Assembly (NCBI GenBank): GCA_036172245.1
Contig: JAYWIR010000002.1
Location: forward strand, 1,674,001-1,738,000
From: Raillietiella orientalis
Lineage: Eukaryota
DNA: 64,000 nucleotides
Direction of reading: 5' to 3'
Below the pieces are notes generated by a model, which was not told where the DNA came from, did not search any database, and saw nothing but the letters and a program-made list of their open reading frames with translations. Shown here in pieces: positions 50,252 through 62,305 of this stretch. Position 1 is the stretch's first letter, and every line of letters starts with the position of its first letter. The position numbers and the translations under genes are program-made.

Positions 50252-52940
50252 ATCTGGCAGAACAGTTTACAAAAAAGTTGAACAAAAAATCCTCTAGTAC
50301 TTTCGAAAAAGTATGCTAGTTAGGATAATTTTGGAGATTCATTTCCATATTTTCCTACAAAAATAAAAGTTTATACGTAGATAAACATGTGTTCCCACTT
50401 AACCTAAAAAAGTAATGAGATACTAGCAGAATCCTGTTTATAATGCGTTCCTGATTAAAACCTACATATGTTCTGCCTGATCGATACAGATCAACATTTT
50501 CATTAACGTTTTTAAATCATGATCCATTTTATCATTAGTAACAAAAATGACGAAATAATCTCTCGGTAGTTATTCCAAATGTGTTCATTCCGTTAAACAA
50601 CGAAGAGCAGTGATACATGCCAAAATAGCTCAAGAAAGTGATCGACTCTTTCCGATTCGGTGGCCATTGTAAATTCACAAAACTATTAGGTTTTAAGTTG
50701 CAAGTCATGATCTAGGATTCCTCATTCTGTCAAAAAGTCGTTAGTTTTAATATGATTCAGGGTTTTAAAATAAGAGATTGAAGACACACACATCATCAAA
50801 TGACTTCTAGAGAACTCAAAAACGTTCTACGTTACCTAATACATCAGCCTTGCTAGGATATTCACTGGGTACTCGAATACTATGCCACAGATTCACTGAC
50901 TTGAAACAAAAGACCTCATTTATACTTTCACATATGCATCGCCTTTGTGAGACACTTAGAGACGTATGAATTCAAACAGTGATCGTTTTGCACAGCGAGA
51001 ACCGTTTCACATGCCCAATACTAACGTGTGATTCGTTCGTTAATGTGAGAATCTCTCCCTGACTTAGTGGAACCTCTAAGAATTTCGCTTCCTTGAGAAT
51101 GCCTTATACATTCTGCATTATCAATGTGCCAGTTATGTCCTTTCGCCAACCAAAAAGTGCACGAGCACGCTGTGTTTCATTAAGCGGTAAAACTGTGGAA
51201 GAGAACGGGCACCGACGTATTTTTCAACAAACAGGAATAAATACCAAGAGGAGATTTTGTTTCACAAAAGAATTTAACACCTATCTCCACTGAAAGAAAA
51301 CACGGAATCTTCACCAAAATATTCAAAATAATGCAAACTAACAGGGCCTTTTGGGGTTACTGGAGAATTCCTGAAAAAATTGCCAATATTTGGAACTTTG
51401 AAAAAAATCTGCTTTATACACCATTCACCCCAAATGATTCTTCCCGAACCAAATTGGCATGTACCCGTTTGATGTGATTACAAAAAATCATGCTAGGGCA
51501 CAAACACTGATGTTTGCAAACACGTTTCCATACCGAAGTCCGTATGTCGTGACACCCTGTTTCAGCATATCCGCTAAAAGGTTCTAATATGTGTCATTTC
51601 ACAAATACAGGTTTGTACTTGATCATACTATCACTGCTTTCCAAGTAATACTATACACATTCCACACGAATTGCACTAAAGAAATACTGATAGATCATAC
51701 AACAGCAGAATTCCGTGATTTGTCAGAAAAGAATATGGATGGCGACTCTTTGCATATGAGATTTTCAAAAAACAAGTATTACATTAATTCGTTGCTAATG
51801 ATGCTATCTCCATTGGACAAACAAAAATTGTTGCATGAAGAGTTGAAGGATATGTCCTGAAAAACCTGATATTGTTCTGAATTTTCTTAGGGTAAACTGC
51901 CTTTCCCAGTGCATATAAGATAGTCAATCAATTCACAGCCCATCACTAATTTGCGGCTTTTCATTAGAGAGTTTCATTTCAGTACTTATCGTTTCTGTGA
52001 TCTACATATTATTATTTGTGCCATTACAATATACATATTTATTTGTGCCATTTGCACCGTCCACCCATAGATAAATTCAACAATAAGACGACGACTGCAG
52101 TAAAACTGAACTAGATTTTTATATGCCAACGACTCAGTGAGTATATTTTTCAGTCAATATCAGTTTTCTCTTAATGTGCTTTCTTTTATGAGCTTATTCC
52201 TTCTTTAGGAAATTTTCCCAGACATGGACCATTTCACTTACAGTTAACTACGACTGGAATACCACACAAATCATGGACACATCCGATGCCGTGTTCAATG
52301 ACTCCAGAATTTTGAAGAACCAACTTTTGGAAATCCACCTATAAATATCTGTTGAATAACACCTCTGTGTGGTGTTTTGTTTATTTAATTCATTCACATG
52401 CTCATATGCATATAAGCAAATAGCTTTCATCATGTCTTTCTTTATAATGGAAACATTATAATTCACCAAATTTACATTCACCAAATCTCCTGATGTGAAA
52501 CTTCTTTCACTAGCAACCAAATAGTAAAATTCTTCGTTAACTGAAACTACTGTACGCCTTTTGTAAGGCTACTGATGAAGGCAGGGCTCCATTTAAAAGA
52601 TAGAAAATTATATATTAACTTGAAAACTAATTCTAAGACTTTCTATAGATTTTGTCGCATTGTTAACAAACCCTTCTGCATGTTCAAAATTTATTGCAGA
52701 CCGAGTAGGCGAAAAACTTGATCGTGTTAAATTTACTCAGTATCCCATTTGCATAGGTTTCAAAAACAAATGAACGACCTGTTATTTAAGCAATATGCAT
52801 ATACGTGCTTCTTTAATGAATAAGAACCTTCCAATAGAACAAAATCTTAAAAAGTACTTCATTACATCTATAGAAGGATATAAATAAGACCTAAAGTTTT
52901 ATGAAATCAAGTCAGTTGAACTGTTTTGCAAAGTTTTTAA

Positions 52941-55535
52941 TTACAAAGATGCTGATAGCAAATTGTAGACTGTATCAAACAAAGAATATTTGTATGGTGA
53001 ATCGTACTCTGAAGTAAATCGATCATTGGAGCACATTTTCCAAACATTGTCAGTATCTAACACAATTGGTTCTGCATTAGTTCGGGGGAAAATAAGTCGA
53101 GGAACTTCCATATAGAAATCAGGAAAATCTGTCAATAAAAGATTTAAATCAGTCAATAATTGTTTGGCCTGATAGCAAATAGTCTCAATAATAGGTAATG
53201 CAGATAAGAAATCATGGCACATTGATATTTGTTTTTCAAGAGCTGTCAGTGTTAACTGGCGGCATACATGCCAACATGAACGATCTGAAACAGGAACACA
53301 CTCAACAAGTACTGCAGCCATTTTGGCAGAAAGTATGGGCCATCGTTTTTCCGTGGTGGCTATTTGAAGTTGCAATATGAAGGCATTCCACAAGAAACGC
53401 AACTCCAAGATATCAATTTTAACATCAGTGAGGTGCCATTGCCATGCTGGTAACTCAGCTTGCCTGGTAACAGCATCTTGGATTTGTTTGGCCCAGCACT
53501 TATACCTTAATTGAGATAGGGGCTCTGATAGCTTTTGTTGTGGTCGAAGATCTAGAATATCAGGAGGGAACAACACACTCTTTTCAAAATGAAACAAGCT
53601 TTACCAGATTGAGATGGGTTTGGATGCAAACATGAAGTATGGATGCTATGGTATAGGGTACTTTCAGCCAACTGCTGTTTGCAGTATGAATCGCTTTTAG
53701 GTGTAACCTGTGGATCTTCTTTCTGAGGAAGATGAACTTGAACATCAGGATCTGTATCTGTAACTGTTACACTAATATTTTTATGCACATGGTCATCTAC
53801 AGAATTGCTCATTTGGGTGAAGTCAGACTGTGTAGTCTCTGTACACAGACCATCACCAGCAGCACCAACTGTCACTTCCAATATGTTGCAGGGGTGGCTG
53901 TGATCATCAGATTCTTTTGGTGAGCCCATGATATGACTGCTATTTTTAGTTTCAAACAGTTTCTGTATGGGTCCTGGTCTAATTTGACTGAGTGTGTGGG
54001 ATTGATCATGCTTTGCATTGCTTGGGAAGAGCTGTGATATGTCACCTTCATTTCTTGCATAGCCTTGCAATTTCTCTAGTTGCAAACTTTCATTTTTAAA
54101 TCCTACTTGTTTTGGACACAAGGAAGTGTTGCTCTCGGAAGTACTACCTGTAAAGCCTAAAATGGGGGAAACAGGTGAGGAGGCATCTTGAGATTTGAGT
54201 TTGCATACAGAATCTTCTTTGGATGACAAGCTATCTATGTATGTAATTTCACCATGAAAAGGAAGATGAGCCAAACTATCTCCCAGTAAGTTTTCATGAA
54301 ATACTGCCTCAGAACCATTTTGTGTGATGCTCTTTTGATTGCTGGATGGAAAAATCACGGAATTTGCTTCAGTAACACAATCTAGTTCTATTTTTGGAAA
54401 TAACGATGTGAGACTCTCTCTTGATGCCTCTTTTGGAGAAAGCTCATTTTGTTTCAGCCCTAAGATGTGATCTGTGCTAAAACTTGAAGATGTAGAAACA
54501 GATTCCATAGGGCACACAAAATTTTTTGGATCTGGTAAAATATCTGTTAATTCTTCTTTGAAAGACAGTTCTCCAGAATTACAATTAAGTTTCCAACTAG
54601 AATTTTGATTTGTATGGTAAAACACCCCCGTAGGTGAATACACTTCCTCAACACAAGGAAGCATAGTTGACAAATTGTCATTTGAGGAGTCTTCTGATAA
54701 GCTTTCAGCATCCATATTGTTTTCTTCAGAAACTAAGGGGCACAGAATTTCTTCTGATGGAAACATGTACGAAAAAGGCTTTTGCAAGCATGAAAATGCT
54801 TTGTAGGAAGGGAGCAGATTGGTCAACGAATCGCCAAATGGTTCTTTTTGAAATCCTGATTCAACTTGATTGGTTCCTGTAGTTGAAATGTGAGAGACTG
54901 CTTTAAGTTTAACAGTAGTAACATTTGTTGCTGGCACGCAAGCATTACGAATCACTTGCGCTAAAAATATACTTGAAATTAAAATCGCAAAAACTTTGTG
55001 AATTATTTGCTGTATTTTACCATAAATTTCTCATCCACAATAAAAAAGAATTTTAACTAAATTTAAATAAAAGAAACGAGACCATAATGAGTACTTATTT
55101 GCTGTATTTTACCCCACAATGAGTCAGCTAAAATCGTGCTTACCAGATTCAATGGTGATGCAATTTGAGTTTAGGGCAATAGCTTCTTCAGAAGCACTGG
55201 ATTTTCTCAGCAACTGCCTGCACAATGGATACAAATAATTGACTATATAAAGTAGCAAATTAAGTCAAATGAGAAGTGGCAGAATTTTTTCAAGAATTAT
55301 CAACAAACAGAAATACACGGAAAGATCCATATTACACTCACCTGACACTATCTTCAATTCTGACTGAATGGCAAGGCATATCATTTGAATCTTCTAATGT
55401 TGGAGAATTCTCTGCAGTGAATTCTCTGCAAAAACATGGTATACCATTGTAGAGCAAATAATCTCACCTGATCTGAAGAGAATTGGCAAAGCTAACTCTT
55501 CTTATTAGGTTTTTATCTTTCTTCTGACTATTCAT
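52941..55535 (-). CDS. KNL1: KNL1/Spc105-like kinetochore scaffold protein, ~730 aa, 5 exons
   Basis: Exons 55535-55468, 55425-55342, 55217-55144, 54960-53605 and 53551-52941 join in frame. N-terminal PP1-docking 'RRVSFANSLQIREF'. Long S/T/acidic disordered middle with repeated [DE]xL[TS]xxxP motifs. C-terminal RWD-like 'WQWHLTDVKIDILELRFLWNAFILQLQI'. The gene model is solid; the orthology is an inference from architecture. Confidence 0.72.
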
Positions 55536-56239
55536 CTTTAATCAACCAAATCATACTTGTGAATTGAACATGTATTCTTCAAGCGCAAATATTAAAAACT
55601 TAATAAAATGTGTTTTCTGTATAAAGATGTTGTGAATGTTGCAAAATATTCCACTTCAAAGGCATATTACTAATGATTAAGTGAGACACAATATTTTTAT
55701 CTTTCCTTACAATGTTTACATTTGTTTACAGCTTTTCTGAAGAACATAACTTACTAAATGTAAGTATCTTCAATACAAATGAAAGGAAACTCGCATTTCA
55801 TTTTCAAGTCACGCGAACTTTCCAGAAACTCAAACCAATATTTTAAACATCGACTGCTTAGCAAATATAAACATAAATGCGCTAAGTGTTTGTAACAACC
55901 GCGAAACATCGATGCCAGGGATACCGAAACTAAGGTATAATGAACGATAAATTAGGATGCCAAAAAAAAGTTTAACGTTTGAAATTGAGGCCTAAAGCAA
56001 TATAATTTACATGACATTGGAAAAAGCAAATAATTAGAGAAGAGAGAACATTATGTAAATGTTTATAATACTGTTTAGCTATAAAAGTCACGAGTAGAAC
56101 ATGTTTACTTTTTCTTTACTTAACTTATTCACTGAATGAAGTATTTAATTCCACTGGAACAAAACAGAGACTCACAGAAAAACAAACAAGAAACTGTGAA
56201 GAATCATAAGAAAATGGTTTGTGAGGAATCACATTGGAA

Positions 56240-56660
56240 TGATACAACAATAATGGTTGAAAGCAGAATAATTAGAGTGTCTAAGATCCAATAATGTTGC
56301 TTACTGCTGATTCCACATCATAATTCTGCCTGACAATTTTCCCATTCTCGAGGAGGTAGTGCTGGTATAGAGCTCTTGATCTAGAAGGTCATTTTCGTTT
56401 GCGTTTGCAGGAAAGTTCGACAGTATATGCTTAGCTTCATTGGTGATGGTAAATTGCATTGGGGAAATGAAAACAATGAATAAGTAGTAGGAAATTTCTA
56501 GTGCTCTTTCGTGATAAGAAACTGGATCGCTCCTTATGATTATTGGTGTGGAAATAAAAAATAGAAATTGCCGATTGAAAGTCAGTTAAGAGGCATATAC
56601 TGGATCAATGGAAAAATTCAGAATTTACCTTAGTTTCGGAATCACCACTCACAACATCAT
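56240..56660 (+). mobile_element. Decayed LINE endonuclease fragment (RTE/CR1-like)
   Basis: 'VESRIIRV' and 'FIGDGKLHWGNENNE*VVGNF...YWCGNKK...IYWING' resemble APE motifs (SDRII; GDFNAxxG...VVGxFG...NG...TW). Confidence 0.35.
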
Positions 56661-57457
56661 GGCTCCCTTTTCTAATGAAGTTTCTCCGTATGCTACATCT
56701 CGAGAATTTATAGAGAAAATATATATCTGGTGGAAATAAAATGCTATCGTGAATGTCCACTTCAATGTGTCAAATCAGAAGTCTAAATTAAGAGCATGTC
56801 TTTAAGAGAAGGACAGGAAGTTTGCCGAAGATAAGGCAAAAGGAAGATCAATCCTAAATTACTGACAAGTGTCTATGACGAATTCCGATTCCAGGCAGTT
56901 ATTTCTCGCAATAGAAAAAAAGGTGCATATTTTTACACAGCTTGGGAAAATGCAGGTTGTGGAGGGAATTCACTTATCAGTAATCTACCTCACTTGGAGG
57001 GAATCACTTTGGGGGAATGTACATTGGACACTCCTTCCGTGCAAAGAATCGGAGACACAGACGAGGGCGTAATCTTTCTGCCGCTGTCTCTCCTCCCATT
57101 CATGCATTTTCCGGAAGCAGCCGCTAACGCTCCTCCTATATCCCTCTCCTCCCACACCTTCCCCCTTCTCTGTCCGCCCCCCTGATTTCCTCATTTTCAG
57201 TTTCCCACCCTCACTCCAGCAATGCGTGTTTCTCCTTCCCCTCTCCCCCCCCATTCCCTTTTACCGCTCTCCTTCCCTCTTTCTAGAGTCGCAGCAGTTG
57301 AGTTCTGGAACTGCGCTTCTGCTCACAGTTTTAAGAACAACGATGTCTGTTTTTTAAATTTGCTATTTACGCAACGAATTTATGGTTATTCGATCCCCTC
57401 CCTCTCCCCTCTTGCCCACGAATGACTCTCGATACCTCCGATCCAACCGTTTTCATA

Positions 57458-58900
57458 TCCGGTCACGCCGGGACGTTCACTGTAAGACACTTTCCTTAGT
57501 TACAATAAACAGAGTCCGTTTTCCTCTACATCCCTCTCTCTCGATACGGACCTGGAGTCTGTGCTGCTCGCGGGCAGCTTCCTCCGGAGAGAGAATGAAT
57601 TGCTCGACGCCAGAGTCCCGCACAGGAAAAGATAAGGGGAAGAGACTCGACACACAAAGATAAATAAATAAATAAATGAAACAGTTGCCAAAAGTTTGGG
57701 GGAGCAAGGGAAGGGGTCACGGATATACTCCTGGCGTCCTCTGCACCCTTTGCAAGATGCCGGCGAGTTCCTCCTTGTGCCGAATGAGGTGCGGCCATCT
57801 CGAGGGCACCCTGAAAAAGATCGTCATCAGGATGGCAAATCTCTGTTTGTTTGACCTCAGCATCATCGTAGCTCGTCGATTGCAGCTAAGTGCTGCAGGC
57901 ACGTAGCTGCAGTCGACGCTGCAGGTAACATTCCGCAGCGAGTGAAGAGGTCTCTCACATTTCTCGCGTTCTCTCTCGATGAGTCCAGGGATGCAGCCAA
58001 TAGTCCCCTAGCATTCTGGAGGGCAATACACTCGAAGAACAAATACGGGAAGTTCCCCTTCCGCCGCACCCGCGCCTGGCACAGTATGGAGCCGCCTTTC
58101 TACTGGCCCAGTCGGTGAGGGCGTGCGTTGCACGGGATGGTCCAATGCAACGGTCACAACGCAGAGTCCTGCCACTTCTGGGGAAGCACGGAGCCACCCA
58201 TGAAAACCGCGAGAATCTGCACTTCCTCCAAGGGGATTTCGAGGAGATCTTCACAGCGAAGTCCTTTGGGAAGGACAGCGGAGGTGAAAGCCGTGAACTA
58301 ACTATCCTTCCCCGTACAGCATTCGGATTCCTTTTTCCTTCCTGTGATTTCGAGGTTTATTTCCCACTTTGAGGGCTGATCGCAGTCGTGGTTTTCCCGC
58401 AGGGACAAGTCCACGAGTTCTCCGGGTCCAGGATGAAGTCTTCCTGGGGCATTAGACAATCTCCTGCAACGAGCGTAACTGGAGCACCGCAGACACTGCG
58501 TTTCGTCCAAGCTACACTTTGATTTTAGCCAAAAGGCCGAGAAGCGAAGCCAAGCTCATGCCGTTCATGTTGGCCCACGTCTGAACTGTTTCCTGTTCCC
58601 AGACACTAAAGTTGAGCAGGGGTTCCATTCGTGGTCCTGCACCAAGGCAACCCTTTACCGAAGCTGGAACCTTCATCGGAGTAGTCTTCGGTAGCTGCAC
58701 TTCGGTAGGGACCCTTGGTTAACCCCTTGGTTCCTCGCTTGGCCAAGAATCATGCTGAGACGCACCCATCCAACTGTTGGTCACAAGGGTCGCCTGCGTC
58801 AGAGATGGGCTCAAAGGAAAGCGAATAACCCTTTGGGTGTGGAGCTCATCAGATCGAAACGTTCTGTAATGATGGCGAGTCGCAGTTGCGACCCTTGTGG
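57458..58900 (-). mobile_element. Third copy (C) of the L1/Tx1-like family, minus strand, 3' portion
   Basis: 'PYCARRGCGG / FPYLFFECIALQN...ENARNV' and 'RVPSRWPHLIRHKEELAGILQRVQRTP' match copy A ('NNARDV', 'RTASRWPHLGILKQEPAGILTRMKRTP'). It has a T-rich 3' UTR and the same terminal cccggcgtgaccgg motif at 57459-57472. The 5' boundary is approximate. Confidence 0.75.
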
Positions 58901-60829
58901 ACGGGGTGCTTTTTCGCACAACGCGTACTCTATCGAGGCACTGATAAAGTGCTGATTACGGTTACTATTGTAATTGTTTAATTAAATATTAATAAATGAA
59001 TAAAAATATTTTTATTTTTCCCAAACATATATTATTTCTTTAAAACTTGGGATTATAATTTGAATAAATCAATAATTCATTCGCATTTTTAAGATATCAC
59101 AAAGAGGAAAAACGATACAATAAATTCTATACGACGCCGAGAAAAACCCAGAATAGTTTATCCAGAATAGTTTAAATAGAGATTTTGTTTACTGTCGTTG
59201 CTGAGGGAATTCTAAGAACGTCAATGAATGCGTCCATGTCAAACATGGATAGTGTTAACTTAACTGTCACGTGTATGCGTAAAAACATTTGCCAGACGCA
59301 TCTATGCGTCCATAGCACTCAAAGGAATAAACGGGACAGGACAGCGCATTCCTTCATTAAGCAGTAATTAAATCCATTAAACACGAAGCAAAGGCAGCAA
59401 GAGCTTAAAACACTAAAGGACACCTGAGCAATCAGCTCTCTATCTTTCCTCCTTATTCAATTTCGCTCCAGTTCACAATTTGTCTTTCTCCAATGGACTG
59501 GACAGATTATTCATTCATAAATGGATATCAAAAGACTTATAGTACATATAGTCTTCTTTTATGGCGCTCGAAGATTCAATAAAACGATGGAAATGTATTT
59601 ATAATTCATTATATACTTCTATGGCTTTAAACATCCTTCTTTGGAATGTGTGCGACAACTAATAATAATAATAATTGAACCGAATGATATAAAACATTAA
59701 TTTTACATCAGCTGACTGTTCACCATTATGCCTGAGCAGGAGTGCATCTTAACGAGCTTTTTGTGTGTGTTCCTTCTGCACAACGTCGTCTGCATCGGGA
59801 CGGGATGATGAATGGCAGTGCGGAGATGAGCGTGAAGATTTTCGTCTCCGAGTTCCCCCCCTTTTTGCCTTACCCCCTTTTTACCTTTTTCAAAGATCAT
59901 ATTTAGGGAAAACCGTTACCCCCGGTGCGTAGCTCTGAGAAGAGCATGCGTTTTCCAAGGCATTCATTTTTTAGGAGGGTATTTTCCTGTGGAGCACGGG
60001 TCTCATAAGATTCTGTTAGCAGAAGTGAACTGCGTTTCCTCCGAAGTGAAAATATTGGCTCGTAAACAGATGACCTCGAAATGAAAGTTTCCGCTGCGCC
60101 GAGACGAGAGTCAGGAATAGATTCAGTTCATCTCGATTTGATAGAATGCTTATCGGAACATGTTACCCACTTCTCCTCTACACTTTTCGGATCCCCTCCC
60201 CTAATTAACACGAAGTGCCAGATTTATCGATTGTGGTGTGGCGAAACGTAACGAGTTGTTGGTAGGAAACTGGTTTTTCACAAGGCACTGGTGTTGCGAC
60301 AGAAAGAGTGCACAGGGCTACGCAGTTTGGTGTCCAGCAAATGGGCACCCTGTCTACGGGAAACGCCAAGTCAATCGTTCCTTGAGGTTGCGGCTGCCAC
60401 ATTCTCTTTCATGTCCATAAACGATTTCACTTCCCGATTTCCCAATATTCGTGGATCTATAGGATGAGCATATACATTTACGCTTTACGATCTTTACGAC
60501 ATACACGAATCTATACGATAAGAGTATGTACCTAGAACACTTTACCTTCGCTGAGCTACCTAGCCTGAGGACAATGCGGGGAAGATGCTCATCTTCCGCA
60601 GTGAATTCATGCATGAATTGCTTGGATTGGCGACATTTTAGACTATGATTTCTAATGGAATGTAAGAGGTTGGTTGCCACGGATATTGCTGCATTGACGT
60701 TTAAGCACTGGACGCAAAAGATGTTCTTGATCTAGGATTAGAGGCAGAAATGTTCGGATCTGGGCCTCTAAATTTCAATCTCTGTTTCCGCTACGAGATG
60801 GTGCTACTAGGCATGCCACTTCTGAATCC

Positions 60830-61330
60830 AGACTTTGGGGAGATTGGAACCGCAGCTGCTCTTCCCAAGATCCTCCTCGCATGGTTGAGCCACCAGGTCA
60901 GAGCGCCGTCACTTTCTCGTGCGTGAGGAGCGCTGCCAGGGACTGACACCCCCACTTTCGCGCGACTGGCGTGAAAGCAATCCCTTCGGTTCTTCGCTAT
61001 GGGAGACGACCTCCTGCCGTCCCGCCAGCCAGGAAGTGCGGCTGCAAGGCCAGGTGCAGGGCGCGCAGAGCTTCCGGGACATTTTTTCCCGAGTCGCAAG
61101 AAACTCAGAGGGCTACCAACCTGCTCGGCGGATCATCGGCAGTCCAGCTCGTCTACGCGGTCACAGCTAGCGTGCCAAATCAGGTTATACTGCGATGGGC
61201 GGAGCTTTGGGGGTCTTCTCAATCTGTCCGAATAGTTCTATACCCCTCCCTCCCTAGCACACGACAACATTGTTCCATTCTCGGAATTTCCATGCAAGAA
61301 GCGACGTCGTCAATGGATCCGTTGAGAGTT
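60830..61330 (+). mobile_element. Decayed LINE zinc-knuckle/C-terminal fragment
   Basis: 'PTFARLA*KQSLRFFAMGDDL' (cf. P..RDLxW...L.TG.RL), followed by 'RKCGCKA' and 'QSFRDIFSR' (cf. CxxC...ESxxHIF). Confidence 0.4.
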
Positions 61331-62169
61331 TAATCACTTTTCCTTCGAATTGTCTAAGACGCGTAAGATCTCAATGGCCCCATCCTCTTGCTGGAGTGTG
61401 GCCCCCTTTTGTCAGAGGCTGAGAGGCTAGCTGCAGCCCTCATGCACTCAACCAACACCCCGCTTGCACGTTGTCAGGGGTTTGTCTCTTTCCCAAAGAC
61501 CCTCCGGGGCCGCGGTCGGGGAGATGCCGTGCTACGTTCGCATCATCGTGGCAGGACGCCTGAGGCGGGAAAATCTCCAAGACCTAGAGTGAGGCCACAC
61601 TTCTGGAGACTGCCATGGTGCACGGAGCTAGCAAGCAACAAAAGTGAAGACGTCATCCACATGGTAGGACTTTTCAGGAATGGAAGGACTGGACTTCTGC
61701 TAATTCGCACATCTGCTAATTCTCCCCCTCCTCCCCCAGTTCCCTCAAGCAATTGTGCGTTTTTTCTTTTTTTTTTTAATCACAATAGATCCCCCCATAT
61801 AAGGCGTTCCGCTTTATGCCAGCCCTATCGGTTATAGACGGATAATATGATAGTATTTATCAAAAGATATCGAATGAATCCTGTAAGCTTATAGCAGTAG
61901 AAATGTATTATTTCACTTTAGAACAAAAGCAAAAAAAATTGAAAATCTTTATTTCTTATTCGGCTGAAAGTAGGGCAAGGATTTCAGAGTTGATATTTAA
62001 TCAATTGAAAACAATTCTATGGCTCTTTCGTTCTCTTTGTTGAAAAATGCATCTTCTTGTGCTATTTCATTCATTCAAATTTCAGTGAAACAGAGTTTCA
62101 CTGAAATTTGAATTAAATCACATGCTCGTATCTTTCTTTCTTTTCTTTTTTTTAAAAAAGAGATTCTGT

Positions 62170-62305
62170 CGCCTGTGCGCGGCGCAACCAGTCCCTCCCC
62201 CGAATTGCAGGGACGGCTGCTCATCCGCACTTGTTGCAGGGGTAGACTCGTTTTTTTCCTCGTGGTCCATTGCCTTGCAACTGACGTCCCCGGTGTGACC
62301 GGGTT
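62170..62305 (+). mobile_element. Isolated 3' end (D) of the same LINE family
   Basis: 'tgccttgcaactgacgtccccggtgtgaccggg' matches copy C read on the minus strand ('tgtcttacagtgaacgtcccggcgtgaccgg') and copy A ('ctccccggcgtgaccggg'). Confidence 0.5.

Noticed and set aside
51380-51620. Second Tc1-like relic ('NHARAQT', cf. DNARPHT)
   Set aside because: One degenerate motif only, and the catalytic residues are absent.
53552-53604. Programmed frameshift between overlapping ORFs 53552-54955 and 52941-53597
   Set aside because: Fully explained by a canonical 53-nt GT-AG intron.
55003-55113. 19-bp direct repeat (ttatttgctgtattttacc) in KNL1 intron 3, plus small duplications at ~52003-52051 and ~59147-59174
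   Set aside because: Local slippage-type duplications with only two units each; not CRISPR-like, and no clear element lies between them.
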